Source: Clostridia bacterium
GTDB lineage: Bacteria; Bacillota; Clostridia; Oscillospirales; CAG-272
Direction: 5' to 3'
Length of the DNA: 64,000 bases
Assembly: GCA_017467815.1 (NCBI GenBank)
Contig: JAFUKI010000077.1
Location: 4,797 to 68,796 of the forward strand
The notes under the pieces were generated by a model, which was given only the letters and a program-made list of their open reading frames with translations, made no database searches and was not told the origin of the DNA. The translations under genes and the position numbers were made by a program. This document shows positions 21,570 through 31,841 of this stretch, piece by piece (position 1 is the stretch's first letter; the number at the start of each line of letters is the position of its first letter).

Positions 21570-22046
21570 ATGATTGTGCGGTTTTATCGGAGTGAAGATG
21601 TGCCGGCGATGCGGGAGATCTGGAATCAGGTTGTGGAAGATGGAATTGCTTTTCCGCAGCTGGATTGTCTGTCGGTTGAGGAAGCGGAGGTTTTCTTCGG
21701 GGAACAGACCTGCTGCGCGGTGGCTGAGCAGGATGGGCAGGTTGTTGGACTTTATATTCTCCATCCCAACAATATTGGACGCTGCGGGCATATTGGTAAT
21801 GCCAGTTATGCGGTGAAGCGGAATTGCCGCGGACTTGGTGCTGGCGAAGCATTGGTACGGCATTGTCTGGCAGCGGCAAAAGAGAAAGGTTTCCGTCTGC
21901 TGCAGTTCAATGCGGTGGTCAAGACCAATGAAGCAGCGCGGCATATTTATGAAAAGCTGGGTTTTGTAACCCTCGGCACGATCCCCGGCGGCTTCCGTAT
22001 GGATGACCGATATGAGGATATTGTACTGTATTATTATGCTCTGTAA
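21570..22046 (+). CDS. GNAT family N-acetyltransferase
   Basis: VRFYRSEDVPAMREIWNQVVEDGIAFPQ...YAVKRNCRGLGAGEALVRHCLAAAKEKGFRLLQFNAVVKTNEAARHIYEKLGF. Confidence 0.85.
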   Translation: MIVRFYRSEDVPAMREIWNQVVEDGIAFPQLDCLSVEEAEVFFGEQTCCAVAEQDGQVVGLYILHPNNIGRCGHIGNASYAVKRNCRGLGAGEALVRHCLAAAKEKGFRLLQFNAVVKTNEAARHIYEKLGFVTLGTIPGGFRMDDRYEDIVLYYYAL

Positions 22047-22094
22047 ATAATGATCACCAAATAGAAAGGAGACCCGCCGGTCTCCCTTTTTGTT

Positions 22095-23345
22095 TCAGTT
22101 CACTTTGTTGAGCCTGGTATCTCTGTCTATATACCAGCCAGCAGAAGCACGATCGTTGAAGGAAATACAATACATGAGATCATACCCTTCGATCGTTTCT
22201 GACAGAGGAATACAGAAATATTTGTCATCCTGGGAATAATTGCTTACAATTTCAGCAAAGCTGCAGTGCTGTTTGTTTTCTGCACCGTTGATCTCGTATG
22301 CAATATCGATCCCGTCCATATCCGCATTGCTTGTCGTGAATTTTATGGAAACATCCTCATCATTGTATTCCCATGTACCCTCCATTATGTAGAGGTTCTT
22401 GATATCGACAATATCGTAAGAAGAACTGTATCCAAGGTTGACCGCTGTACAAACCAAAGAATACGTCACTTCAAGAGGGGCATGAGCAGTTGTGGTGGCA
22501 TGAATGCAAACTTCGTGATAACCGTTTGGCAGATCACGGTCATATTGCAGTTCGATATGCTCAAAAGACAGCGACATAAATTTGTAATACGACAGAATTT
22601 GGTCGATCGCCAGCTGTGCGCGTTCGCTCAAAATGATCTCCTCACTTGGACGCACCATTTCATAAGAGTTGTCAATACACCAGTAAGCACTATCGGGAGA
22701 AGCGGCTTCCGAGAAGAAAAATAACTGTTCACACGCAGCAGGACTGATCAGAATCAGCTTTACACCGTTATATCCGCCTGCTCTGCCATCTATCGAAAGG
22801 GCGTACAATGAAGTAGCGGTACCGCTGACACCGTCTATACAGTAATCATAAGTAACCTCTTTGTCGGAGATATCTTTGATATTCAGAGAATAATCTTCTT
22901 CATAAAACCATTCACCGAGCAGATAATCCATGTTTTCAATATCCCCAAGAGATAGTCCATAATGATCATATGTCCATTCACCTGTTGCACTGTCAAGAGT
23001 ATAGACCATCTTGACATTCATCGAAGTGACAAGGGGGGCATAAGTAACACTGTCAGAATACGTAAAATCAAAAGTAAAAAAGGTATCGGAAAATTCTGTA
23101 TACGCCATATTGGTAATTGTAAGGCGGTTGGCATCTATAGCCAGTCTTTCTGCCAGAAGTGCCTGTGCCGTTTCCACATCCACTGGAGGTTCTGTTTCTT
23201 CCACAGGCGGTTCGGTTTCTGCCGGTTTGGTTTCAACGATCGTCGGCTTGGTTTCAAGGGTCTCCTCCGGAACATCGCTGGAACAACCATACAGTCCGGC
23301 AGACAATAAAACCATAAAAAGGAACATCGCAATGCATTTTTTCAT
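22095..23345 (-). CDS. Uncharacterised lipoprotein with Thr/Pro/Glu-rich linker
   Basis: MKKCIAMFLFMVLLSAGLYGCSSD lipobox; linker ETKPTIVETKPAETEPPVEETEPP. Confidence 0.65.
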   Translation of the reverse strand: MKKCIAMFLFMVLLSAGLYGCSSDVPEETLETKPTIVETKPAETEPPVEETEPPVDVETAQALLAERLAIDANRLTITNMAYTEFSDTFFTFDFTYSDSVTYAPLVTSMNVKMVYTLDSATGEWTYDHYGLSLGDIENMDYLLGEWFYEEDYSLNIKDISDKEVTYDYCIDGVSGTATSLYALSIDGRAGGYNGVKLILISPAACEQLFFFSEAASPDSAYWCIDNSYEMVRPSEEIILSERAQLAIDQILSYYKFMSLSFEHIELQYDRDLPNGYHEVCIHATTTAHAPLEVTYSLVCTAVNLGYSSSYDIVDIKNLYIMEGTWEYNDEDVSIKFTTSNADMDGIDIAYEINGAENKQHCSFAEIVSNYSQDDKYFCIPLSETIEGYDLMYCISFNDRASAGWYIDRDTRLNKVN

Positions 23346-23578
23346 AATGTAACTCCTTAAATTGATCATTCGCTGATAAACCCACTCTCATAACGGGTAA
23401 CCGGGAAAAAAGACAAAAGAATACAATACAGAGTCATCAGCTCATACTAATTATAGCACAATAATGCCGTTTTGAAAAGTTCTTTTCTGTACACTCTCTG
23501 ACTTTTCTATAAACTCCCCAAAATTATGTGCAAGAATATTACGCATGGTGAGGACATACACATAAAAACCATTTCAGA

Positions 23579-23656
23579 TCTTTTCAAAGTTTTTGAAAAG
23601 ATAGGGGTTTGGGGGAAGAAAAACTTTTTTCAAAAAGTTTTTCTTCCCCCAAAAAA
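23579..23656 (-). repeat. Dispersed double-hairpin intergenic repeat, copy 3 (minus orientation)
   Basis: Reverse complement reads gggggaagaaaaactttttgaaaaaagtttttcttcccccaaacccctatcttttcaaaaactttgaaaaga; 3' of the aromatic operon. Confidence 0.75.
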
Positions 23657-23667
23657 TTAACGATCCC

Positions 23668-24696
23668 TCAAACCAATTCAGCAATGTCGTAAATCAGGCG
23701 TTCTGTCTTTTCCCAGCCGAGGCAGGGGTCGGTGATGGACTTACCATAGATGCATTCGCCGATTTTCTGGGCGCCGTCTTCGATGTAGCTTTCAATCATG
23801 AAGCCTTTGACCATTTTTTTGATATCGGCACTGTGGCGGCAGCTGTACAGAACTTCCTTCACGATACGGGGCTGTTCCAGATACTTTTTACCGGAGTTTG
23901 CGTGGTTGGTGTCAATGATGGCGGCAGGATTGGCAAGACCGCTGGCTGCGTAGATCTCGCACAGATTCAGCAGATCTTCAAAATGATAGTTGGGCATGGA
24001 ATGACCCTGCTTGTTCACATAGCCGCGCATGATGGCATGGCTCAGGGGGTTACCCTGGGAATGTACCTCCCAGCCGCGGTAGATGAACGTGTGGGCGTGC
24101 TGCGCGGCTGTGATGGCGTTCATCATAACGGACAGATCGCCGCCGGTGGGGTTCTTCATACCAACCGGAATGGACAAACCGCTGGCGGTCAGACGGTGCT
24201 GCTGATTTTCCACAGAACGGGCGCCGATGGCTACATACGCCAGAATATCGTTCAGATACCGGTAATTTTCCGGGTACAGCATTTCGTCCGCACAGGTGAA
24301 TCCCGTTTCCTTCAAGGCACGGATGTGCAGTTCGCGGATGGTAACGATACCCTTGTACATATCCGGTTTTTCGTTGGGGTCGGGCTGGTGCAGCATACCC
24401 TTGTAGCCATCCCCTGTGGTTCTGGGCTTATTTGTGTAGATACGGGGAATAATGTATACCTTATCCTTAACCTTCTCCTGGATCTCTGCCAGACGACTGA
24501 TGTAATCCAGTACACTGTCTTCATTGTCCGCAGAGCAGGGACCGATGATCAGAAGGAACTTGTCGGACGCACCGGTGAAAATATCCGCGATCTCCTTTTC
24601 TCTCCGGGTAACGACCTGCTGCTGTTCGGCGGTCAGAGGGTACATCTTCTTCACATCCATGGGGATGGGCAGTTTTCTTTCAAAAATCATATTCAT
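23668..24696 (-). CDS. aroF: 3-deoxy-7-phosphoheptulonate (DAHP) synthase, class I
   Basis: FLLIIGPCSADNEDSVLDYISRLAE...IPRIYTNKPRTTGDGYKG...DTNHANSGK. Confidence 0.92.
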   Translation of the reverse strand: MNMIFERKLPIPMDVKKMYPLTAEQQQVVTRREKEIADIFTGASDKFLLIIGPCSADNEDSVLDYISRLAEIQEKVKDKVYIIPRIYTNKPRTTGDGYKGMLHQPDPNEKPDMYKGIVTIRELHIRALKETGFTCADEMLYPENYRYLNDILAYVAIGARSVENQQHRLTASGLSIPVGMKNPTGGDLSVMMNAITAAQHAHTFIYRGWEVHSQGNPLSHAIMRGYVNKQGHSMPNYHFEDLLNLCEIYAASGLANPAAIIDTNHANSGKKYLEQPRIVKEVLYSCRHSADIKKMVKGFMIESYIEDGAQKIGECIYGKSITDPCLGWEKTERLIYDIAELV

Positions 24697-24716
24697 AACA
24701 CAAAATCTCCGTTTCT

Positions 24717-25574
24717 TTACTTTTTATCAAACAACGCCCGTCTTGCTGTAGACTGACGCATCATTTCCTGCATATCTTCCATATTTCCGTCGGCAATCAT
24801 GTCACGCAGGGAAACAAACTGCTTCAGGAATAAATCCATCTGGTCGAGAAGTGCATCTCTGTTTTCCATAAACAGCTCGCTCCACATATACTCGTTGATC
24901 CGCGCAATTCGCGTCAGATCCCGGAAAGAGTCACCGGTGAACTTCTCCATGTTTTCCTTGTCATTACAGGTCATCAGGGCAACGGCAATACAGTGGGTCA
25001 GCTGGGAGAGGAAACCGATCATTTCGTCATGTTCTTCCGGCGAAAGCTCCGCTACATTGGTGAACCCCAGCAGAAGACCCAATTCCTTACAGGTGGCAAT
25101 CGCTTCGGGGGTGTTCTTTTCGGTGGGGGTGACAATGTAGTTCGCACCGATGAAAATCCGCGACGTACTGTTTTCCACCCCGGAAACTTCCCGTCCTGCC
25201 ATGGGGTGCGCGGCAATGAATTCCACATCTTCCCGAAGCATATCCTGAATCTTGTATACAATACTGCCTTTGACACCGGTTACGTCCGTGATCAGCGCGC
25301 CGGGCTTGAAGTATTTCTGATTTTCCCGGATCCATTCCACAAATACGTGGGGATACAACGCGAAGATCAGCAGATCCGCTTCCCCGATCATCCGGGGATT
25401 AATTGCCGTAGTCCCTTCGTCGATCAGTCCTTTTTCCAGGGCATAATCGATGGAACTCTGGGACTTCGTAATGGCGGAAATGTGAAAACCGAACCGTTTC
25501 AGAGCTTCGGCATAACTTCCGCCCAGAAGCCCAAGTCCCACAATCATCACTTTTTTGTTTACATCAATAATCAT
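24717..25574 (-). CDS. tyrA: Prephenate dehydrogenase
   Basis: MIIDVNKKVMIVGLGLLGGSYAEALKRFGF...DVTGVKGSIV...HPMAGREVSGVENS. Confidence 0.93.
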   Translation of the reverse strand: MIIDVNKKVMIVGLGLLGGSYAEALKRFGFHISAITKSQSSIDYALEKGLIDEGTTAINPRMIGEADLLIFALYPHVFVEWIRENQKYFKPGALITDVTGVKGSIVYKIQDMLREDVEFIAAHPMAGREVSGVENSTSRIFIGANYIVTPTEKNTPEAIATCKELGLLLGFTNVAELSPEEHDEMIGFLSQLTHCIAVALMTCNDKENMEKFTGDSFRDLTRIARINEYMWSELFMENRDALLDQMDLFLKQFVSLRDMIADGNMEDMQEMMRQSTARRALFDKK

Positions 25575-26779
25575 AGTATCTCAACCTTTCCGCTCAGACA
25601 TTCCATATCTTCAAAAAATCCTGGATAACTTTTGCGAACTGCTTCCGCACCGGCGATTTCACCGCCCACAGCACTGAGCACCACTGCCATCGCCATGACA
25701 ATCCGATGATCGTTGTGTCCGTCGATGATGGTTTCGGGCGCATGAAGTACCTGTCCGCCGGGGACTGTGATCCGGTTCTCCTCACAAACCAGAGTGATAC
25801 CCACCTTGGCAAGCTCCTCTGCCATCGCCGCACCACGGTCGCTTTCCTTAACCGCCAGTCTTGCTGTACCGGTGAAAACGCCGCCGTTTTTCAGAGCAGC
25901 CACCGCCAGCAGAACCGGACCAAGATCGGGACAGTCGGAAATATCAATCACAGGCGCGCCGGCACATAATGCAGGATAATGTTCCTTATATACCCGATCC
26001 CCCTGCAGACTGTCCGCCGCCAGACCGCCGACCCGTACATCGCACCCGATACAGTTGAAGGCATCCAGAAAAGCCGCATTGGAAAAATCCCCTTCCACAT
26101 CCCCGGAAAACGGCGCAAACTGCAGTCCGCCGGGAATATAAATGTGATATTCATCCGTGAAGCGAACCGGAATCCCGGCTTTTTCCAGTGCAGAAATGGT
26201 CAGAAGCACGTAGGAACGGCTTTCAAAGGGGGGGAGTATTCCGATATGGCTGTCACCGGAACGGGTCGCCAGAGCGAGAATCATGCCGCTTATGAACTGG
26301 CTGCTGATATCTCCCCGGATCCTGTATTCCCCATGGGTCAGATTGCCGCATACCGTGATTTCCCCCGGTGCGCGTGTGAAGGAAAATCCCTTCTCCCGGC
26401 ACAGGTCTTCGTAAATATCCATGGGCCGTTCCATCAGCCGCCCTTTGCCCCGGAATGTCATGGGTCTGCCGCAGCATAAAGCCATGGGCAGGAGAAACCG
26501 CAGGGTACTTCCGCTTTCCCGGCAGTTCAGAATTGCGCCGTCTCCGCGGAACATTCCCCTGCCGTCCACGGTTACGGTACTGCCGTCCGTGGTGAATTTG
26601 GCGCCGAAGGCTGTCATACAGTCCATGGTGGCGAGAATATCCTCGGAATAGTCCACACCGCCCACAACGCTGATTCCGTCCGCCAGAGCCGCGCAGATCA
26701 GATGTCTGTGTGCCATACTTTTGGAAGGAGGCGCCTGGACCGTACCGTGCAGAAGGGAGGGAGTAATACGGACGTTCAT
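25571..26779 (-). CDS. aroA: 3-phosphoshikimate 1-carboxyvinyltransferase (EPSP synthase)
   Basis: LHGTVQAPPSKSMAHRHLICAAL...NCRESGSTLRFLLP...DHRIVMAMAVVL. Confidence 0.95.
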   Translation of the reverse strand: MNVRITPSLLHGTVQAPPSKSMAHRHLICAALADGISVVGGVDYSEDILATMDCMTAFGAKFTTDGSTVTVDGRGMFRGDGAILNCRESGSTLRFLLPMALCCGRPMTFRGKGRLMERPMDIYEDLCREKGFSFTRAPGEITVCGNLTHGEYRIRGDISSQFISGMILALATRSGDSHIGILPPFESRSYVLLTISALEKAGIPVRFTDEYHIYIPGGLQFAPFSGDVEGDFSNAAFLDAFNCIGCDVRVGGLAADSLQGDRVYKEHYPALCAGAPVIDISDCPDLGPVLLAVAALKNGGVFTGTARLAVKESDRGAAMAEELAKVGITLVCEENRITVPGGQVLHAPETIIDGHNDHRIVMAMAVVLSAVGGEIAGAEAVRKSYPGFFEDMECLSGKVEIL

Positions 26780-27216
26780 TTTCCATCCCCCACAGTCTGC
26801 GCCAGATAATCAATGGCTTCCAGATACCCGTCCGTGCCCTTGCCGGTGATGGTCTTCACGCAGGCGTAGCGTACATAGCTGATCTGCCGGAAAGGTTCGC
26901 GCTCGTCCACTTTGGAGATGTGTACCTCAACCGTCGGAATGGATACAGCCTTCAGTGCATCCAGAAGGGCGACACTGGTATGGGTATAGGCGCCGGGGTT
27001 GATGACGATGCCGTCGATGTTCCCGTAAGCCGCCTGGATCCGATCCACCAGATCCCCTTCGTGATTGGACTGGTAGGTTTCCACCGCAATGCCGTTGTCC
27101 GCGCAGTGCTTCTCGATCTTGGCGATCAGGGAAGCGAAATTTTCTTTTCCGTATATAGCAGGTTCACGGATACCCAACATATTGATATTGGGACCGTTGA
27201 TAACCAGAATTTTCAT
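26776..27216 (-). CDS. aroQ: Type II 3-dehydroquinate dehydratase
   Basis: MKILVINGPNINMLGIREPAIYG...YQSNHEGDLVDRI...INPGAYTHTSVAL...VEVHISKVDEREPFRQISYV. Confidence 0.96.
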   Translation of the reverse strand: MKILVINGPNINMLGIREPAIYGKENFASLIAKIEKHCADNGIAVETYQSNHEGDLVDRIQAAYGNIDGIVINPGAYTHTSVALLDALKAVSIPTVEVHISKVDEREPFRQISYVRYACVKTITGKGTDGYLEAIDYLAQTVGDGK

Positions 27217-27226
27217 GATGGTTCTC

Positions 27227-28477
27227 CTATCTGTGTAAACTCAAAATCTTCTCCGCGTTGATCTCCGGGTCCTCATTCATCGGCACAATCACATCCGCCG
27301 TACCGCAGTACCGCCCGTAACGCTCCGCATACCGCCTGCGTATCGCATCAGCAGAATTGGCAGTAGGTCTGTCCGCCGTAGGAAGCAGCTTGTCCAAAGG
27401 CCGATCCAAAAAGTAGATCTTCCCGTTCTGCCGCAGTGCATCCATGTTGTCATCCCGAAGAATCGCACCGCCGCCGGTAGCGATCACCAAAGCACTGTTC
27501 TTCCCCACCTCGGCAACCACATCCCGTTCCCGTTCTCTGAAACCGGCTTCACCGAATTTCTCGAAAATCTCCGGAATTTCCATGCCGTACTTCTTCACGA
27601 TTTCCACATCCGTGTCCACAAAAGTACGTCCGGTCTCTTCCGCCAGCAGCCTGCCCACCGTGGTTTTCCCGGACGCCGGCATACCGGTCAGAACAATATT
27701 CTGCTTGGAAAGGAAGATCTCTCTGTAGGTTTCTTCAATAATCTCCGGCTCATAGGTCTTGCCTGTGAACTTTTCCGCCGCAAATACCGCCTGGGCAACC
27801 AGCATATATAACCCGCCTTCCGCCGGAATGCCCTTTTCCCTGGCATCCATAATCAGACGGGAAGCGAGAGGGTTGTAAATCGCATCAAACACGCCGGACA
27901 GATTGGGGAAGCAGTTTATATCCACCGGAGATACACCGGGATTCGGATACATTCCCACAGGAGTGGTGTTCAGGATCACACCGGCGTCCCAGTGCTGACG
28001 GGAAGCCTGTTCGTAGGTGATCACACCGGGCTTTTCTGTGCGGCTGACCACGATAATCTCCCCGGCATCCATGGCTTCGGCAACAGCACGTGCCGTACGG
28101 GAAGTACCGCCGGTGCCGAGGATGAGTACCTTTTTCCCGGCAAGGGAGATCCCGGCACGGGTGATACAGCTTTTCATCCCGAAAAAGTCCGTGTTGTAAC
28201 CGTACAGTTTGCCGTCCCGGTTCACAATGGTGTTGACTGCCCCGATGGAACGGGCGATATCGCTGATCTCGTGCAGATATGGGATTACATCCTGCTTGTA
28301 GGGGATGGTGACGTTGATGGCGGTGAATTCTCTCGCCGTCATAAAGGCATCCAGTTCCTCCTTGGGGACTTCTCTGATGGTATACTCATAGGTTTCGATT
28401 CTGTTGTGTATTTCTTTTGAAAAACTGTGGGAAAGATGTTCCCCGATACAGCCGTAGGTCATACTTTTCACCTTCAT
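27227..28477 (-). CDS. aroE: Shikimate dehydrogenase - shikimate kinase fusion
   Basis: N-terminal IGEHLSHSFSKEIHN...NVTIPYK...GAGGTSRTARAVA (AroE); C-terminal NIVLTGMPASGKTTVGRLLAEETGRTFVDTDVEI...GFRERE...VIATGGGAIL (AroK). Confidence 0.94.
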   Translation of the reverse strand: MKVKSMTYGCIGEHLSHSFSKEIHNRIETYEYTIREVPKEELDAFMTAREFTAINVTIPYKQDVIPYLHEISDIARSIGAVNTIVNRDGKLYGYNTDFFGMKSCITRAGISLAGKKVLILGTGGTSRTARAVAEAMDAGEIIVVSRTEKPGVITYEQASRQHWDAGVILNTTPVGMYPNPGVSPVDINCFPNLSGVFDAIYNPLASRLIMDAREKGIPAEGGLYMLVAQAVFAAEKFTGKTYEPEIIEETYREIFLSKQNIVLTGMPASGKTTVGRLLAEETGRTFVDTDVEIVKKYGMEIPEIFEKFGEAGFRERERDVVAEVGKNSALVIATGGGAILRDDNMDALRQNGKIYFLDRPLDKLLPTADRPTANSADAIRRRYAERYGRYCGTADVIVPMNEDPEINAEKILSLHR

Positions 28478-28518
28478 TTATTGTATAATCGTGTGATACA
28501 GCAATCAGGCGCCGTGCT

Positions 28519-29607
28519 TCACACAAGATAATCCGTTCCGTATCTCTGCGCCAGCATATCACAAAGCGCCAACGCCGTTACACTGTCCACGACCACTCTT
28601 GCCCGATGGATAATGGCAGGATCGTGCCGTCCATGAATAAGCAGAGGGGCATTTTCCATTCTGGCAAAATCCACCGTTTCCTGTTCCTTGTAGATGGAAG
28701 GCGTGGGTTTGACGACACAGGAGAAGAGAAGAGGCATACCGTTGGTAATACCGCCGTTGATGCCGCCGTTGTTGTTGGTGGCGGTAACGATTTTCTCACC
28801 GTCCATGCGGAAGTTGTCGTTGACTTCACTGCCGAAGCGGTCCGCCATGTCAAATCCCATTCCGAACTGCACACCCTTCACACCGGGGATGCTGAACAGA
28901 ATATGGGACAGAACGCTTTCCACCGAATCAAACCACGGCTCGCCCACACCGGCAGGCATACCGATGACGGCAGTTTCCAGAATACCGCCCACGCTGTCGC
29001 CCATTTCCGCCGCCTGGGTGATCTTCATTTCCATTTCCTTCGCCCGGATTTCGTCCAGTACGGCAAATTCCAGTTCGTTCACCGCCGCCAGATCCGCTGG
29101 CAGATCGCCGAATGCCCGATCTTCCACACCGGCACAGCGGCGGATATGGGTACCGATCACAATCCCCTTGTTCCGGAGGATCTGAATGGCAATGGCACCT
29201 GCCGCCACCAGTCCGGCTGTGACCCGACCGCTGAAATGACCGCCGCCCCTGTAATCCTCGAAACCGTGGTATTTGCAGTTGGCGGTGTAATCGGCATGAC
29301 CCGGACGGGCGAGAAACCGCGTGGCGCTGTAATCCTTGCTTTTGGTGTTCTGATTGGGGATGGAGATCATAATGGGCGTACCGGTGGTCTTTCCATCAAA
29401 TACACCGCTGGCAATCACAAAAGGATCTTCCTCCTGACGGGCAGTGGAAATTCTGCCTTTGGGACGGCGCAGGGTAAGCTGATGGGCGATAAATGCCTCA
29501 TCCACGGGAATACCGGGTGCCAGACCGTCCAGTACCGCACCGATCTGTCCGCCGTGGCTTTCACCGAATAGGGTAAGCGCAACACTCTGACCAAAGGTAT
29601 TTTTCAT
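28519..29607 (-). CDS. aroC: Chorismate synthase
   Basis: GQSVALTLFGESHGGQIGAVLDGLAPGIPVDEAFI...RPGHADYTANCKY...GRFSGRVT-like motif GGGHFSGRVTAG. Confidence 0.96.
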   Translation of the reverse strand: MKNTFGQSVALTLFGESHGGQIGAVLDGLAPGIPVDEAFIAHQLTLRRPKGRISTARQEEDPFVIASGVFDGKTTGTPIMISIPNQNTKSKDYSATRFLARPGHADYTANCKYHGFEDYRGGGHFSGRVTAGLVAAGAIAIQILRNKGIVIGTHIRRCAGVEDRAFGDLPADLAAVNELEFAVLDEIRAKEMEMKITQAAEMGDSVGGILETAVIGMPAGVGEPWFDSVESVLSHILFSIPGVKGVQFGMGFDMADRFGSEVNDNFRMDGEKIVTATNNNGGINGGITNGMPLLFSCVVKPTPSIYKEQETVDFARMENAPLLIHGRHDPAIIHRARVVVDSVTALALCDMLAQRYGTDYLV

Positions 29608-30626
29608 GCTTCCTTTCCTCCCACATACACCTTCAGGCGGTTTTCCAGTTCCTCATAGGTGATTTTCGTCAAATGGAATGTTCCCGGTTCTTCCACAGTG
29701 GTAACGGCAATGGTGTCCCCTTCGGATTTTTTGTCGTGTACCATGGCCTCTGTTATCTTTTCCAGAGAAAAATGATATTCCACAGGCAGACCCAGCTTCT
29801 GCAGAACCGGAATCAGCCGTTCTCTCACCGCCGGCGCACACATGGGAATCATGCCCAGCGCAACGCATTCCCCGTGATAATACCCGTGTAGTCCTTCTTC
29901 ACTCTCGATACCATGTCCGATGGTGTGCCCGAAGTTGAGAATCTTGCGCAGACCCATCTCTCTTTCGTCCTGTTCCACCACATATTTCTTGATCATCAGG
30001 GAACGGACGATCACCGTGTCGATAGCGGCAATGGGATCTTCTTTTTCAAACAGGGCAAACAGCTCCGCATCCGACGTAAGCGCCATTTTCACTGCTTCCG
30101 CCAGTCCGTTGACCACCTGCCGACGGGGCAGAGTAGCCAGCACATCCGGGTCAATGACCACTTTCTTCGGCTGATGGAAGGCACCTACGATATTCTTGAT
30201 GCCGCCCAGATTTACAGCAACTTTGCCGCCGATGGAGGAATCGATCTGGGACAGGGTGGTTGTGGGAATGTTGTAAAAATCCACACCGCGCATATAGGAC
30301 GCCGCCACAAATCCGGCAAGATCCCCCACCACGCCGCCGCCGACCGCGACCACGCAGTCCTTACGGGTGAATCCCTTGTCCAGCATCACCTTCAGCAGTG
30401 CTTCCCACTGTGCCGGGGATTTGCTGTCCTCACCCTGGGGTACGGTAACGATTACGGGATTTCTGCACTGTGCCGCAACGGTTTTCGCATACTCTGCCGG
30501 TACACCCTCGTCGGTAACGATCAGAACATTCCGGCGGAGAGGGAGCAGCTCGCCGACTTTCTGCAGGGAAGCTCTTTCAATGACAATGTCATAACTGCGT
30601 TCCCCCAACTGAACGGATAAAATCAT
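29604..30626 (-). CDS. aroB: 3-dehydroquinate synthase
   Basis: VAVGGGVVGDLAGFVAASYMRGVDFYNIPTTTLSQIDSSIGGKVAVNLGGIKNIVGAFHQPK. Confidence 0.96.
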   Translation of the reverse strand: MILSVQLGERSYDIVIERASLQKVGELLPLRRNVLIVTDEGVPAEYAKTVAAQCRNPVIVTVPQGEDSKSPAQWEALLKVMLDKGFTRKDCVVAVGGGVVGDLAGFVAASYMRGVDFYNIPTTTLSQIDSSIGGKVAVNLGGIKNIVGAFHQPKKVVIDPDVLATLPRRQVVNGLAEAVKMALTSDAELFALFEKEDPIAAIDTVIVRSLMIKKYVVEQDEREMGLRKILNFGHTIGHGIESEEGLHGYYHGECVALGMIPMCAPAVRERLIPVLQKLGLPVEYHFSLEKITEAMVHDKKSEGDTIAVTTVEEPGTFHLTKITYEELENRLKVYVGGKEA

Positions 30627-31738
30627 TCTTCTTCTCCTCTCTTTTTCTGCAGGCTGACTTCCATAGTATATCCGCCCACAACCTTCAGCATATCACAATA
30701 ATCGGACAAAGCGGCAAGCATTTCCTTACCGGCATCGCTGTTTTCGTCCCCTTCGGCTTCCACGTAGAAGTAATACTGCCATGCCAGCTCTTTCAGCGGA
30801 CGGCTGCGGAGGGCACGCATATTGAACCCGTGTTCCCCGATGACGCTGATGGCTTTTGCAAGAGCACCGGCGACGTTGTTTACCGTGAACAGCAGCAGGA
30901 ATTTCTTGTCCCTGCCCTTCGCCGATTGGTTGGGCACTCTGGAAAATACGGCAAAACGGGTGGTGTTCACACTGCTTTCGTTGATGTCGTGATCCAGTAC
31001 CCTCAGATCGTACAGCTCCGCCGTTTCCGCACTGGCAATGGCGGCTGCGTGAATATCGCCTTTTTCCGCAACGGTCTGGGCGGCAATGGCGGTATTGGTC
31101 GCCTGGATGACTTCATAGCCTTTTGCCTTGATGTATTCCCCGCACTGCTTGAGCGCCTGGGGATGGCTGATGACTGTGGTAATGGTATCCGGAGAAGAAC
31201 CGGGTACACCCAGCAGATTGTGTGTCACAGGCAGATCGTATACACCGTTGACATACAGAGAACCGTTGAACATCAGATCCATCACCTGACCCACCTCGCC
31301 GGCATAGCTGTTCTCAATGGGCAGTACCGCGCATTCACACTCACCGTCCACTACCGACTGATACGCCGCCTGGAAATCCTCATAGGGAACCGTCTGTCCG
31401 TCGGGGAAGATCCGACCGGCTGCAATGTGGGCAAAAGCCCCTTCCACACCGCTGTATGCAATCTTGACCCCTTCGATCAGCCGTCTCTGGTAGGTCTTGG
31501 ATACTTCCATGGTGTGTTTCTGGAAGCTCACATAATAGGATCTCAGCTCATCGTCGGCAATATACTCCGCATTTCTGGCAAGGAGAACGGCTTCTCTGCC
31601 GGCATCGAAAATGGGCAGTCCCCGTTCCTTTTTGTATTCCGCTACCATCCGCACCGCATCCATGCGCTTGCAGAACAGGGACGCAATTTCTTTGTCCACC
31701 GTACTGATGATTTCTCTTGCCATTTCCAGCTTATCCAT
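30623..31738 (-). CDS. pheA: Bifunctional chorismate mutase / prephenate dehydratase (P-protein)
   Basis: N-terminal CM domain (IISTVDKEIASLFCKRMDAVRMVAEYKKERGLPIFDAGRE), PDT domain (VAYSGVEGAFAHIAA...), ACT domain ESRPLKE-like MRSRPLKELAWQYYFYVEAEG. Confidence 0.94.
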   Translation of the reverse strand: MDKLEMAREIISTVDKEIASLFCKRMDAVRMVAEYKKERGLPIFDAGREAVLLARNAEYIADDELRSYYVSFQKHTMEVSKTYQRRLIEGVKIAYSGVEGAFAHIAAGRIFPDGQTVPYEDFQAAYQSVVDGECECAVLPIENSYAGEVGQVMDLMFNGSLYVNGVYDLPVTHNLLGVPGSSPDTITTVISHPQALKQCGEYIKAKGYEVIQATNTAIAAQTVAEKGDIHAAAIASAETAELYDLRVLDHDINESSVNTTRFAVFSRVPNQSAKGRDKKFLLLFTVNNVAGALAKAISVIGEHGFNMRALRSRPLKELAWQYYFYVEAEGDENSDAGKEMLAALSDYCDMLKVVGGYTMEVSLQKKRGEEE

Positions 31739-31778
31739 ACCGAATCCATCCTTTATATCTTATAGAATCCAAACAAAA

Positions 31779-31823
31779 AACCTCCACACGCACATTCATG
31801 CAACACGAAAGGCGGTGGAGGTT
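31779..31823 (-). terminator. Putative attenuator terminator upstream of pheA
   Basis: On the minus strand: AACCTCCAC-(27 nt)-GTGGAGGTT followed by TTTT; stem 31823-31815 / 31787-31779. Confidence 0.7.
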
Positions 31824-31841
31824 ACCATACACGAAGTCCTG

